Positions 32,848-43,145 of a DNA stretch of 64,000 nt are shown here, piece by piece; position 1 is the first letter of the stretch, and each line of letters opens with the position of its first letter. Position numbers and translations under genes: made by a program. The stretch covers positions 1 through 64,000 of the forward strand of contig JBBILZ010000003.1 in the NCBI GenBank assembly GCA_037444665.1, read 5' to 3'. This DNA is from a candidate division WOR-3 bacterium (GTDB lineage: Bacteria; Hydrothermota; Tepidihabitantia; SM23-42; JAOAFX01). The notes beneath the pieces are model-generated. The model did no database searches. It was not told the DNA's origin and worked only from the letters and a program-made list of their open reading frames with translations.

Positions 32848-32874
32848 GGGGCTCTCAATGAAATTGAGAGCCCC
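32848..32874. terminator. GC-rich intergenic hairpin
   Basis: GGGGCTCTCAAT-gaa-ATTGAGAGCCCC; lacks a U-tract on the transcribed strand, so it may be an mRNA-stabilising stem. Confidence 0.45.
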
Positions 32875-32885
32875 CTTTTCAATTT

Positions 32886-35800
32886 TTATTTCAGAATTAC
32901 TACTTTTTGAGTAAACGCCTCTGTTTGATTATCCAGGCGAATGAAGTAGACACCTTCACTCAATTTTCTCCCGGTTTCATCGGTTCCATCCCAAGTGAGT
33001 CTGTAGCATCCCTGCTCAAAGTTTCCATTTATGAATGATTTCACCTTCCGCCCGGTAATGTCATAAAGTGTGAGATTCGTAATTCCGGGAGAGTTAATCT
33101 GATAATAGATTTCCGCATTATCCCTCATAGGATTTGGCTTTATAGCAAGTTGTTCACCATTATTCCCAATATTTACAACTTCCTGCTCTTGTGGACCGCT
33201 CTGCCCTTTTGGCTCTTGATAGATTACAATACTACTCAAAACCGCAAGTTCACCCTGCATTATCTCATCAGTGATTACAATTTCACCATCTTTAATAAAT
33301 GCCTCAGGTATTATCCCTTCAACCACAGTCAATTCATCAGGATTCACCCAGACATTCCTTGTCCAGCCATTGTCAATCCTTATCTTCAATTTCTGCCTGC
33401 TGTTGAACTCGTGATAAAGAATAAACTTTATCCGATACTTAAAGCCGTCTTCAAATCCAGTAACCCGATAGACGAGTTTTGTAGAATCATAGTCTACTGT
33501 CTTGTAGTCCTCAAGTCCATAGATAATAAAACCATCCCTTTCAATCGTATATTGTGATGGAATCTCGCTACCAAGCTCAATATAAAAGAAGAGCATTGGC
33601 TCGGGCAATAGTCGCTTAGCCTTACGCACCTCATAAAGCACACCATCATCCTCACACCAGATTGTAACAAGATACCGGTTTGGTAAAGGAGGACCACTTG
33701 CAATTGTGACCTGGGGGGCATTTGAGGTATTGGGGGTGTTTGAGATATTCTCTGGCATTCCTCAGGTTCCAGCTTCATAATTCCAGGCACTATGATAAAT
33801 TTCAACATTTCCATCGGGTATTTCAAATTCGGTCCAGACAATATGGTCTCCATTGATTGTCTGGGGCAATTTGGAATATACTGGTGAAGAAGTCACCCAT
33901 TGTGGTGGTAACCATAAGCCTGTCCCGAGGTCACGCCGCATATGTCTGATATTGGATATTCTATCTGATGGCACAATCGGCTCCTCAACCCAGACAATAT
34001 GTAGCCAGTTATTTTTAATTTCAATAGATGGGGTATAGGATTGTTCATAGGAGTTTGATACATTTCTAATTTCAGCCCACTGTTCACCCTCTTTTTGCCG
34101 ATAATAGATTTCACCCTGTTTCTGCCAGACAACATGGGGATTATTCTCTGCATCTACAGCAATTGAAGGATACTGGCATCGGACCGTCATATAATCAGAG
34201 TCCACAAGTTCCCAGGCAACATTCAGCTGATTGGGATTGAGTTTACCATAAAGAATCAAACTGAATGCACCGTTCGCATAGATATACTTCTCAAAAACAA
34301 TATGTCCAAAGCCCTGATTATCAATTACGAATGATGGAGTCTCGCAGTAGTATGCCTCCCAGCCCGGCTGGACTGGTTCGTAGAGTGCATATTTAGGCCA
34401 GGTGTAGTAGTTCTGCCTTCTTGCCCAGAAGAGTGTATCCTTATTCACCCAGACGATATTAGGAACATTATTATTATCAAGAGCAATTGCTGGCGATTTT
34501 CCCCTGCCTACTGGATATGCTGGCTCCCAGGCCATTGTTCCCAGTTTTGTCTTTGTAAAATAGACATAGCCACCAGCCTCATAGATAATATAAAGATTGC
34601 CTGCAGCATCAGAGACGATATGCCTTGCATTATTATAAGATGTTGCAGTTGGAACATCACTCTGGACATAATTCAAGAGAATATCAGCACGCAAAATCCT
34701 ATTATCATTCAGGTCAGGATGGATATTCCTTAAGGCAAAATGGGAATGAATCCATTCAGGATAGATTGGTCCATGCCAGATGTCATAGAAATTTGTTGAT
34801 GGATTTGTGAATGCGTCAAACCTTGTATATTCTGGTGGGTCCCAGAAACCACCAGCACTACCATAGCCACGCCAGTTAGGGTCACCAATTGGTGGCCAGA
34901 CACCTTCATCATGGCCTGTGAATGTCTTTATACCCATATCAAGGCTGTCAAAGCCAAAAATCGGGTCTGGTGATATGGGCCAGTAGGTTCTTTTATTATT
35001 AACAGTTGCTGAATCCCATTGATACATCCCGGTTGCATACTCCAATCTTAGTGGACGCTTTCGTCTGGTATTGGGCCAACCCCATGTAGTATTCCGCTGG
35101 GTAGCATGCCAGATTAGAAGACCGGAATCAGGGAAGTTAAATTCATAAGGTGTAAGGCATTGGTGGTTGGCGATGAGAAAGGTCTGGGTGTCAGCTGGTG
35201 AAATTCCCGGCATCTGGGTCGGTCTGATTCTGAGGACTTCGCCATTATATGTTTCTCTTAACGGCATAATGGGATAATTTAATTGTGTCTGTGTTATTTC
35301 TGTAGGTAAGAGCCAGGGTTGGTTTGTATATCTATCTTTGGTTTCGTAACGCCACTGGGGGTTTAATGGTGAGGGCATTGCATCTGCCCAGGCATGGAAT
35401 CGTGCAAAACCACAACCCCAATGTCCACAGAATGAACCTGTATTGTAGTGCTCACCATAGGTATCGGGCCAGCCACAAGAATGACCATATTCGTGGATAT
35501 TCATTCCTACATGAGAGGTATGATTCCATGCATCACCGCGAAGTGCCCACTGCACTTTGACATAGACTGGTTCCCCATTAGCATTTACATCATTAGTAGG
35601 AATAGGGGGGTAGCCGCCTGGCCAGAATATTCCACTTCCTCCTCCTGGCCACAGGCAGAGCATTACAACCCAGACATACTGGCTAGTCCCCGCATACTGT
35701 CCAAAATCTATTTCTGGGTCAGCCACCTGTATTGCTGCTTCTGAATACGGACCCCATTTCCATCGTTCTCCGATAGCATGTCCAGGAGTATCATAATTTA

Positions 35801-36270
35801 CTTGGAAACAATAATACCATTGACTTCCAGGATCCCAGTGTGCCTGTGGATAGGCATGGATTATTTGTTCTCCAAATGACATCTCTTTATACCATCGCGT
35901 AATGCTAAATTGGGTTGGGCAGTTTATATCCCAGATGCTCTGCCAGAAATCTGGGACCGGTTGAGGAGGTGGAGGATTACCAAGGTATGTTCCTTGAGTA
36001 TAGAGCACTACAAGCGTTTCTGGCCCAGCAATCCCTAAAGGTGGTAACTCGCCTATGATTGTGTCTCCATACCAGATGAATTCTTGTCTTGTGAGCCAAT
36101 TAAGATAACTCGTGTCCGTTGTTGCGGACATCCCTACTCCTTTTACCCTATCATAACCATTCTCAACACTGAATTCAAATTGAGAAGGGTCAAAGGATAG
36201 GGTATATGGACCTTGAGCAAATAGGATGCTCAAAAGTCCGATAAATAGATAGATAGATAGTCTTAGCCAT
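32886..36270 (-). pseudogene. interrupted secreted M6-like zinc metalloprotease with BNR-like repeats and FlgD-Ig/T9SS C-terminal domain
   Basis: HEYGHSCGWPD; RBS-linked ATG 36270 is out of frame because of (CTAT)4; in-frame TGA 33764..33762 separates the C-terminal ORF 32886..33758. Confidence 0.75.
36245..36260 (-). repeat. (CTAT)4 microsatellite in signal-peptide coding region
   Basis: Plus strand ATAGATAGATAGATAG. Confidence 0.9.
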
Positions 36271-36397
36271 TTTTCCTCCTGTTTACTGTTTTTGCTTTTT
36301 CCCTGATTACTCAATCTTTTTCTCCAAAATCCAGGGCTAAATTTTGGAGAAGGTTTGTCTTGCCATCGGCATCACCCCCTTTTCGCCTATATATTTT

Positions 36398-36425
36398 ATT
36401 ATAAGTAATTTTTTAAAATTGTCAA
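36398..36425 (-). promoter_or_regulatory. consensus promoter for the protease operon
   Basis: TTGACA-N16-TATAAT. Confidence 0.65.
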
Positions 36426-36431
36426 GACTTC

Positions 36432-37680
36432 GGACAACCACAAGGGTTGTCCCTACAACTGAAAATTTAAATACCTAAAAATCCTAAACCTGTCCTGAAC
36501 TTGGTTCAGGATGCCTAAATACCTAAAAATTTGTTTGCAAGTCTTTCTCAACATCAAAGCCCCTAATCGCCCTTTTATGCCTCCCATTGCCACAATCTGC
36601 TCTTTTGGTTTTTGTTCTTTGCATCTTTTTGGTTTCTCTGGTCTTTCTTCCGCCGAAGGCGAATCCGCCTCGGGCGGAGGTTTCATTGTTCCCTTTATAC
36701 CCCCTGATACCCCTTGATAACCCTTTATTACCCTTTTCATTATGGACGCTCCTGCAAGCGAAGCGATACTGCCTCTGGCTGGTTTCTTTGGTCTATTTGG
36801 TCTTTCTCTTCTTTTTAGTTTATTCATAATCCTTGCAAGTCCCGAGTTTTTTGTCGGGACGATACTGCATTTCCTGCAAATCCGACCTCTGTGTCGGATG
36901 ATACTGCAAGCAAAGCGATACTGCATCTTTTTAGTCCCTCTGCTTCCATTATTTTCTACTTACTACTTACTACCTACTCACAACTACTTATTTATCTTCT
37001 CCTATCCACGCAAACACTCAACTTCAATTTTACATATCCTCTCATCCCCTGATACCCCCTGATTCTCCTTGTTACTCTTTTTTAATACACCGGATTAAAG
37101 TCCTTACTCCAAAAAATAGTCGGTGGTTATAGGGCGTGGCCGCCGGTATGGTTATTGGGCATGGTCATTTTTGGTCTATTTAGTCTGTCTGGTCTTTTTG
37201 GTCTATCTATTTTTCGTCATCACATGCGGGCGGCGAAACCGTCCAACGACAAATGATTCACTTTGAGGTATTTAGGTATTTAGGCATTTTGGACTTTTAT
37301 GTATTTTTACGGGACTAAAGTCCCTATTCCAGTAATTTAAGCGGAGTAGCGATTTTAATCGCGTGAAGAAAAAGAGAATAAATTCTTTACACCTGAAAAT
37401 ATTTCCGGTATGTATACCATAGCTTCGGTTTCGTTTAACGACATACGAAGAACATTAGACGAAACGCATTTCGCAACCGACAGCCGTCTAACGGTTTACA
37501 TAGGTCATTGGAATTTAGAAATTCGGATTATATCCGCAATATCGATATACCTTGTTTCTAAAGTCTGAAGCAGTAATAATCAATTCGACCATTCGACAAT
37601 TGTCAAATTGTGAAATGGCAAGAATAAATTCTGTGCACGACAAAAAATTTGCGGACAGATACAAGAACAGTCCCTACAGA
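36432..37680. repeat. repeat-rich non-coding region (REP-like hairpins and degenerate short tandem repeats)
   Basis: GTAGGGAC-type hairpins at 36432..36456 and 37653..37677; CTGCAAGC(G/A)AAGCGATACTGC copies; CTACTTA and GGTATTTA runs. Confidence 0.7.
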
Positions 37681-37731
37681 AAGACGGCCAGTGATTATTA
37701 GGTATGGATGCTGGTATGGTTATAAAAGGTA

Positions 37732-37759
37732 TTGACAACAGGTAAATTTTTAATATAAT
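37732..37759 (+). promoter_or_regulatory. consensus promoter upstream of the riboswitch
   Basis: TTGACA-N16-TATAAT. Confidence 0.7.
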
Positions 37760-37785
37760 AGCATACTTTTTGTTCTTTGAAAATT

Positions 37786-37893
37786 GAGCTCATCAAGAGA
37801 GGCTGAGGGACGGGCCCTGTGACGCCTCGGCAACCGGTCCTTATTTAAGGATGTCCTGGTGCCAATTCCCGCCCGAATAGGGAGAGATGGGTG
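37786..37893 (+). ncRNA. SAM-I (S-box) riboswitch
   Basis: CTCATCAAGAG-AGGCTGAGGGACGGGCCCTGTGACGCCTCGGCAACC...GGTGCCAATTCC...GAGATGGG. Confidence 0.93.
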
Positions 37894-37907
37894 TTAAACT
37901 CAAAATC

Positions 37908-37940
37908 AAACCTTCCCAGATTCGGGGAGGTTTTTTGTTT
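37908..37940 (+). terminator. intrinsic terminator (riboswitch expression platform)
   Basis: AAACCTTCCC-agattc-GGGGAGGTTT followed by T run. Confidence 0.85.
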
Positions 37941-38053
37941 CCCACTCATCCTCCTGAAAAGATTAGAAGTTAAGAGGTTAAGAAAATCTGCAAAAAAATC
38001 GTAACTTCTCAACCTCATAACTTCATAACTTCATTCAATCAAAAGGGGGTATA

Positions 38054-39250
38054 ATGAAAAAAACTATTGATGAGATAAATGAAAAGATAAAAAAGGGTAA
38101 AGCAGTAGTCTTTACTGCTGAAGAGATTATTGAGGTTGCAAAAGAACAGGGGTTAAAAAACACAGCAAAAAAGGTTGATGTTGTTACAACCGGTACATTT
38201 GGTCCAATGTGTTCTTCTGGAGCATTTATCAATCTTGGGCATACCCGTCCAAGAATGAGAATTACCAGGGCATGGCTCAATGATGTTGAGGTATTCTGTG
38301 GCATTGCCGCAGTTGACCTTTATATTGGTGCTACACAGATACCTGATAATGACCCGGCAAATAAAGAGCATCCTGGTAGATTCAGATATGGTGGTGGCCA
38401 TTTGATTGAAGATCTGGTAGCAGGAAAAAAGATAAAGATAAAGGCACTCTCTTACGGCACTGATTGTTATCCTAAAAAAGAATTGACCGGTGAATTTACA
38501 ATAAAGGATATCAATGATGCATTCCTGTTTAATCCGCGAAATTGCTACCAGAATTATAATGTGGCGGTCAATCTTGGTAGAGAGAAAATTTATACTTATT
38601 TGGGTATCCTCAAACCGAATCTTGGCAATGCAAATTTCTGCTCTGCTGGACAATTGTCACCACTATTAAATGACCCTGAGTATCTAACAATTGGCATTGG
38701 AACACGCATCTTCCTGGGCGGTGGTATTGGATACATTGCATGGCACGGCACACAGCACGACCCTTCTGTAGCAAGAAATAAAAATAGTGTGCCCAAAAGT
38801 GGTTCAGGAACCATTGCCGTGATTGGCGATTTAAAGACGATGAAACCCGAATGGCTCAGAGGAACATCAATCATTGGTTATGGCGTAAGTTTGACCGTAG
38901 GCATTGGCATTCCGATTCCGATTCTTAATGAAGAAATCTTAAAATTTACCTGTGTAAAAGATAGCGATATAGTTGCGCCTGTTGTTGATTATTCATACGA
39001 TTATCCGAATCTGACTGGTAGGGTCATTGCTGAAATAGATTATGCAACATTGAAATCCGGTAAGATACGCATCGGAAATAAGACTGTACCAACATTTCCC
39101 ATTTCCAGTTATCCAAAGGCGCAGAAAATAAGCAGGATTTTAAAGAATTGGCTCCAGACAGGTAAATTCCTGCTTACCGAGCCGGTTCAAAGACTGCCTG
39201 GTAAGGAATCAAGGATAAAATTCAGACCATTCCAGGGAAGGTATAAATAA
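38054..39250 (+). CDS. homocysteine biosynthesis protein (DUF39, aspartate-semialdehyde sulfurtransferase-like)
   Basis: VDVVTTGTFGPMCSSGA, YGGGHLIEDL, YGTDCYP, NPRNCYQNY, AGQLSPLLNDP; S-box upstream. Confidence 0.88.
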   Translation: MKKTIDEINEKIKKGKAVVFTAEEIIEVAKEQGLKNTAKKVDVVTTGTFGPMCSSGAFINLGHTRPRMRITRAWLNDVEVFCGIAAVDLYIGATQIPDNDPANKEHPGRFRYGGGHLIEDLVAGKKIKIKALSYGTDCYPKKELTGEFTIKDINDAFLFNPRNCYQNYNVAVNLGREKIYTYLGILKPNLGNANFCSAGQLSPLLNDPEYLTIGIGTRIFLGGGIGYIAWHGTQHDPSVARNKNSVPKSGSGTIAVIGDLKTMKPEWLRGTSIIGYGVSLTVGIGIPIPILNEEILKFTCVKDSDIVAPVVDYSYDYPNLTGRVIAEIDYATLKSGKIRIGNKTVPTFPISSYPKAQKISRILKNWLQTGKFLLTEPVQRLPGKESRIKFRPFQGRYK

Positions 39251-39265
39251 TATGGGAGGTAAAAT

Positions 39266-39682
39266 ATGGAAATTTCAAAGAAGATTGTGCTACATTTTCC
39301 TGAAAACCTGGTTGAAAAACCAATAACCTATGAACTGGTTAAAAATTATAACATTGTCTTTAATATTCTGAAGGCAAAGGTTGCTGTGGAGGATGGCGAG
39401 GGTATGCTATTATTAGAATTGACCGGAACCCAGGCTAATATTGATAAAAGTCTGAAATACCTTAAAGACCTGGGCGTGAAGACCGAACCATTGACCAGAG
39501 ACATAGCATGGTCAAAGCAGGACTGTATAATGTGTGGTATCTGTTCCAGTATCTGTCCAAGCCATGCATTTTATATTGTTCCAGAACTGATGACATTAAA
39601 ATTTGAACCTGAAAAATGTATCGGATGTGAAGAGTGTCTCAAGGTCTGCCAGTATAATGCAATAAAATTAAAATTGATGTAA
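39266..39682 (+). CDS. NIL-domain 2x[4Fe-4S] ferredoxin
   Basis: FNILKA; CIMCGICSSICP and CIGCEECLKVC. Confidence 0.88.
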   Translation: MEISKKIVLHFPENLVEKPITYELVKNYNIVFNILKAKVAVEDGEGMLLLELTGTQANIDKSLKYLKDLGVKTEPLTRDIAWSKQDCIMCGICSSICPSHAFYIVPELMTLKFEPEKCIGCEECLKVCQYNAIKLKLM

Positions 39683-40437
39683 TGAAGACAAATCTCTATA
39701 TACCCCGTACATATCGTTTGAACTGTGGTAACCGGAGATTTATCCAATTTGAGGTTATACAGAAACAGAGCGACCTTTTAATCCTTGCAAAAACCAACCT
39801 TTATAACCAGGCAATGAGCATTCTTATCCACTTGAGGCAGGAAATAGAATCTTACATTAACATTGACCGTGAATTCCTGACCGCGCTCAAACCAATCAAA
39901 ATTTTAAATGGCGCTCCTGAAATTGTTAAAGATATGGGGCTCTCTGCAGAAAAGATGGATGTCGGACCAATGGCTGCAGTTGCCGGTGCCATCAGTGAAT
40001 ATGTAGCACGCAGTCTCGCAAAATTTTCTGATGAGGTTATTGTTGAAAATGGCGGAGATAATTTTATTATAAGTAAGGAGCCGCTTACACTGGGTATCTA
40101 TGCAGGAGACTCTTCATTATCTATGAAATTCGGGATTGAACTTGAACCCCATCCCGAAGGTATTGGTGTAGCAACTTCATCAGGCACAGTGGGACATTCA
40201 TTGAGTTTTGGTAATGCAGATGCAGTAACAGTGCTTGCAAAAAAAGGGAGCCTGGCAGATGCCGGTGCAACCCGAATTTGTAATATGGTAAAAACCGAGG
40301 ATGATATACCTGAAGCACTAAATTTTGCTGAACAGCATCCAGAGATCTTAGGAGCAGTAATAATCATTAATAATAAAATTGGAATAATAGGGAAGATGCT
40401 GAAATTGATTAGAATAACAGAAGAATGTATAAATTAA
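39682..40437 (+). CDS. UPF0280/ApbE-like protein
   Basis: VGPMAAVAGAI, VIVENGGD, ATSSGTVGHSLSFGNADA. Confidence 0.88.
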   Translation: MKTNLYIPRTYRLNCGNRRFIQFEVIQKQSDLLILAKTNLYNQAMSILIHLRQEIESYINIDREFLTALKPIKILNGAPEIVKDMGLSAEKMDVGPMAAVAGAISEYVARSLAKFSDEVIVENGGDNFIISKEPLTLGIYAGDSSLSMKFGIELEPHPEGIGVATSSGTVGHSLSFGNADAVTVLAKKGSLADAGATRICNMVKTEDDIPEALNFAEQHPEILGAVIIINNKIGIIGKMLKLIRITEECIN

Positions 40438-40724
40438 AGAAATTAAAAACTAAATACTTACGGAAATCTCTTGCTATAATTTAGCAAAAACCGGCCCCAC
40501 CAAATAAGGGCGGAAAAAATACCTTCTGCGTGTGCCTTGACAGTCATTATAATTATATGTATAATTTTGCCAGATATTTTGTCGTATAGGAATTTGAAAA
40601 AATTAACTGCCTTGTGGTTTGTGTTGTAAGAGTGCTGTTGATATGGCAAGAGCATTGATAAACGAATTTGGTGATAACAACTATTTTAGTTTTTTTCAAT
40701 GAAGGAGTGATTGTGGAGTAAACA

Positions 40725-41619
40725 ATGTCCATTATTACTTTTAAAGATGCAGCTTACCAAATTTTAAGAGAAGTAAGAACTCCTTTAACCGCGAAAGAAA
40801 TAACAAAAATTGCGATTGAGAAGAATCTTATAAAAACTTCAGGTAAAACTCCTGTGGCGACTATGGGAGCAAGAATTTATATGGATATTAAGAGAAAGGG
40901 AACTAATTCATTATTTATGAAAGTTGAGCATGGTAAGTTTGGGTTAAGAGAGTGGCAACAATCTGAACAAGAACATAAAATCTTTAGAAAAGGAAGCTTT
41001 AAAGCCGCAGCTTATAAAGTATTAAAACAAGAAAACAGACCTTTAAGTATTCAAGAAATTACAGAAATTGCTAAGAAAAAATCTTTGGTTACATCTAAGG
41101 GGAAAAACCCCTCAAGCTACTATGGGAGCTCAGTTATATACTGACATCAAAAAATTTGGCGACAAATCACCCTTTGTTCAATTAGGCAAAAATAAGTTTG
41201 GACTTCGTGAATGGGATATTAGTGCTCTTAAAAATGAGATTGAATTTCAGGAGAAAGAAACTATTACAATTGAGAAAAAGCGTTCTATAGTTGGAGACCC
41301 GATCAATTTTGAAGGATTGATTTATGGTCCACTTAATGAAAATGGAGTAATATTCTTATTCAGTAAAATTCATGACAAACTGGGTATAAATATTGAAGCA
41401 ATTCAAGCATCCTATCCTGACGCTAAGGCTCGGAGAAAAACTTCAAAAGGCTGGGAAGATGTCTGGATTGAATTTGAATATAAAAGTTCTCAATTCAAGA
41501 TACACAAGCATGATCCAAAAGAATGCGATATAATTGTCTGCTGGGAACACGATTGGAAGGAATGTCCTCTTGAAGTTATTGAATTAAAATCAGAGATACA
41601 AAAATTAAAAGGAGAATAA
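40725..41619 (+). pseudogene. frameshifted 2x HARE-HTH plus PD-(D/E)xK-like endonuclease
   Basis: Two GKTP.ATM.A..Y.DIK...F......FGLREW repeats; YPDA...IEFEYKS...CDIIVCW; one extra base in GGGGAAAAACCCC near 41099-41111. Confidence 0.75.
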
Positions 41620-41696
41620 CAATGCCCGAGAAAAGATATAAGCCGGCTGAAGCAATTGGAGCAGAGAGAGAATAAAACAAAGATGAGTTAAGAGAA

Positions 41697-41903
41697 ATGG
41701 CTTACAGAAATACACTGTTGCTCGAAGAGAAATATAGCGTTAAAAGAGTTTTACTTATTGGTTCACTTGTAAGGGGAATCGTGCATGAGAAATCTGATAT
41801 AGACCTTAAAGATGAAAACGGTGAGCCTATTATAGATACAGATGTTCCAGCATTTATTGAAACATTTAAAGAATTTAAGAAAAAATACTCATTGGATTTT
41901 TAG
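41697..41903 (+). pseudogene. minimal nucleotidyltransferase (MNT) fragment
   Basis: LIGSLVRG...SDIDL motif; short, with unrelated tail. Confidence 0.55.
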
Positions 41904-41912
41904 GGATTAAGT

Positions 41913-43055
41913 ATGAAAAATAAAGAGATAACCACGGGAAGTTATAACAATCTTATTAGCAGAATTGCGGAAATCCTGCAAGAGGCAAGAACTAAGGTTT
42001 TTAGAGAAATCAATAGAGCACAGGTTTTGGCTTACTGGGCAATTGGGAGAGAAATTGTAGAGTTTGAACAGAAGGGAAAGGCACGGGCAGAATATGGAGA
42101 AGAATTGCTTATAAAACTTTCGGCAGACTTGTCTGCCAAATTTGGTAGAGGTTTCTCTGCCGAGAATTTAAGATTGATGCGGAAATTTTATTTGACCTAT
42201 CAAAAATCCAAGACACTGTCTTGGAAATCTAAAAGTGAGAAATCCCAGACGATGTCTGGCAAATCTTTAGAAAGCACAAAATCCGAGACGTTGTCCCGTA
42301 AATCTTTAATTCGTCAGACACCGTCTGCCAAATTTGAACCGATGCTATCGTGGTCTCATTATTGCGAACTACTTAAAGTAGAACAACCACTTGCCCGTTC
42401 TTTTTATGAAAAAGAGGCAATTCAAAATAACTGGTCTGTGAGGGAGTTAAAGAGGCAGATTAATTCTATGCTTTTTGAACGGCTTGCTTTAAGCAAAAAT
42501 ACAAGAGCAGTGATGAAAATGGCAGAAAAGGGGCAGATTGTAGAAAAACCTGAAGATGCTATCAAAGACCCCTTTATTCTTGAATTCCTTAATCTCAAGG
42601 AAGAAACATCTTATACTGAAAGTCAGTTAGAACAGGCACTTATTGATAAACTCCAATATTTTTTATTGGAACTTGGTAAAGGGTTTACTTTTGTTGCTCG
42701 TCAAAAGAGAATTACTATTAGCAATCGGCATTATTATATTGACCTGGTATTTTATAATCGTCTATTAAAGTGCTTTGTTTTAATTGATTTAAAAACAGGA
42801 GAACTTGACCATTCAGATATCGGACAAATGAACTTTTATTTGAATTACTTTAAGGAGAACGAAAAACAATCAGATGAAAATGAGCCAATTGGACTTATAC
42901 TCTGTGCTAAAAAGGATGATATATTTGCAAAATATGTTTTAGGCGGATTAAGCAATAAAATTTTTACATCAAAATATAAACTGGCTTTACCTTCAGAAAA
43001 AGAATTAAAACTCAAATTAAAATCCATACCAAGAATGCTGGGGGAAAAGAAATGA
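41913..43055 (+). CDS. YhcG/DUF1016 PDDEXK nuclease-domain protein
   Basis: AYWAIGREI, LSWSHY, WSVRELKRQI, KDPFILEFL, LLELGKGF, IDLVFY, GQMNFY. Confidence 0.9.
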   Translation: MKNKEITTGSYNNLISRIAEILQEARTKVFREINRAQVLAYWAIGREIVEFEQKGKARAEYGEELLIKLSADLSAKFGRGFSAENLRLMRKFYLTYQKSKTLSWKSKSEKSQTMSGKSLESTKSETLSRKSLIRQTPSAKFEPMLSWSHYCELLKVEQPLARSFYEKEAIQNNWSVRELKRQINSMLFERLALSKNTRAVMKMAEKGQIVEKPEDAIKDPFILEFLNLKEETSYTESQLEQALIDKLQYFLLELGKGFTFVARQKRITISNRHYYIDLVFYNRLLKCFVLIDLKTGELDHSDIGQMNFYLNYFKENEKQSDENEPIGLILCAKKDDIFAKYVLGGLSNKIFTSKYKLALPSEKELKLKLKSIPRMLGEKK

Positions 43056-43145
43056 TTTTTTCAGAGATAATATATAATCAGGCAATTGAAAAATTAAGGT
43101 TTGACGCCGAGTTTTATAAATCTGTTCCAAAATCAAAGTTCTCTT

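Noticed and set aside
33762..33764. Second selenocysteine codon
   Set aside because: The position corresponds to Trp in neighbouring repeats; there is no redox motif or clear downstream hairpin.
36453..37062. Overlapping ORFs of 157, 68, 80 and 106 aa
   Set aside because: They are open frames through low-complexity repeat DNA with no recognisable domain.
30124..37730. CRISPR array or DGR template/variable repeat pair
   Set aside because: No regularly spaced identical repeats, no cas or reverse-transcriptase gene, and differences between copies are not adenine-specific.
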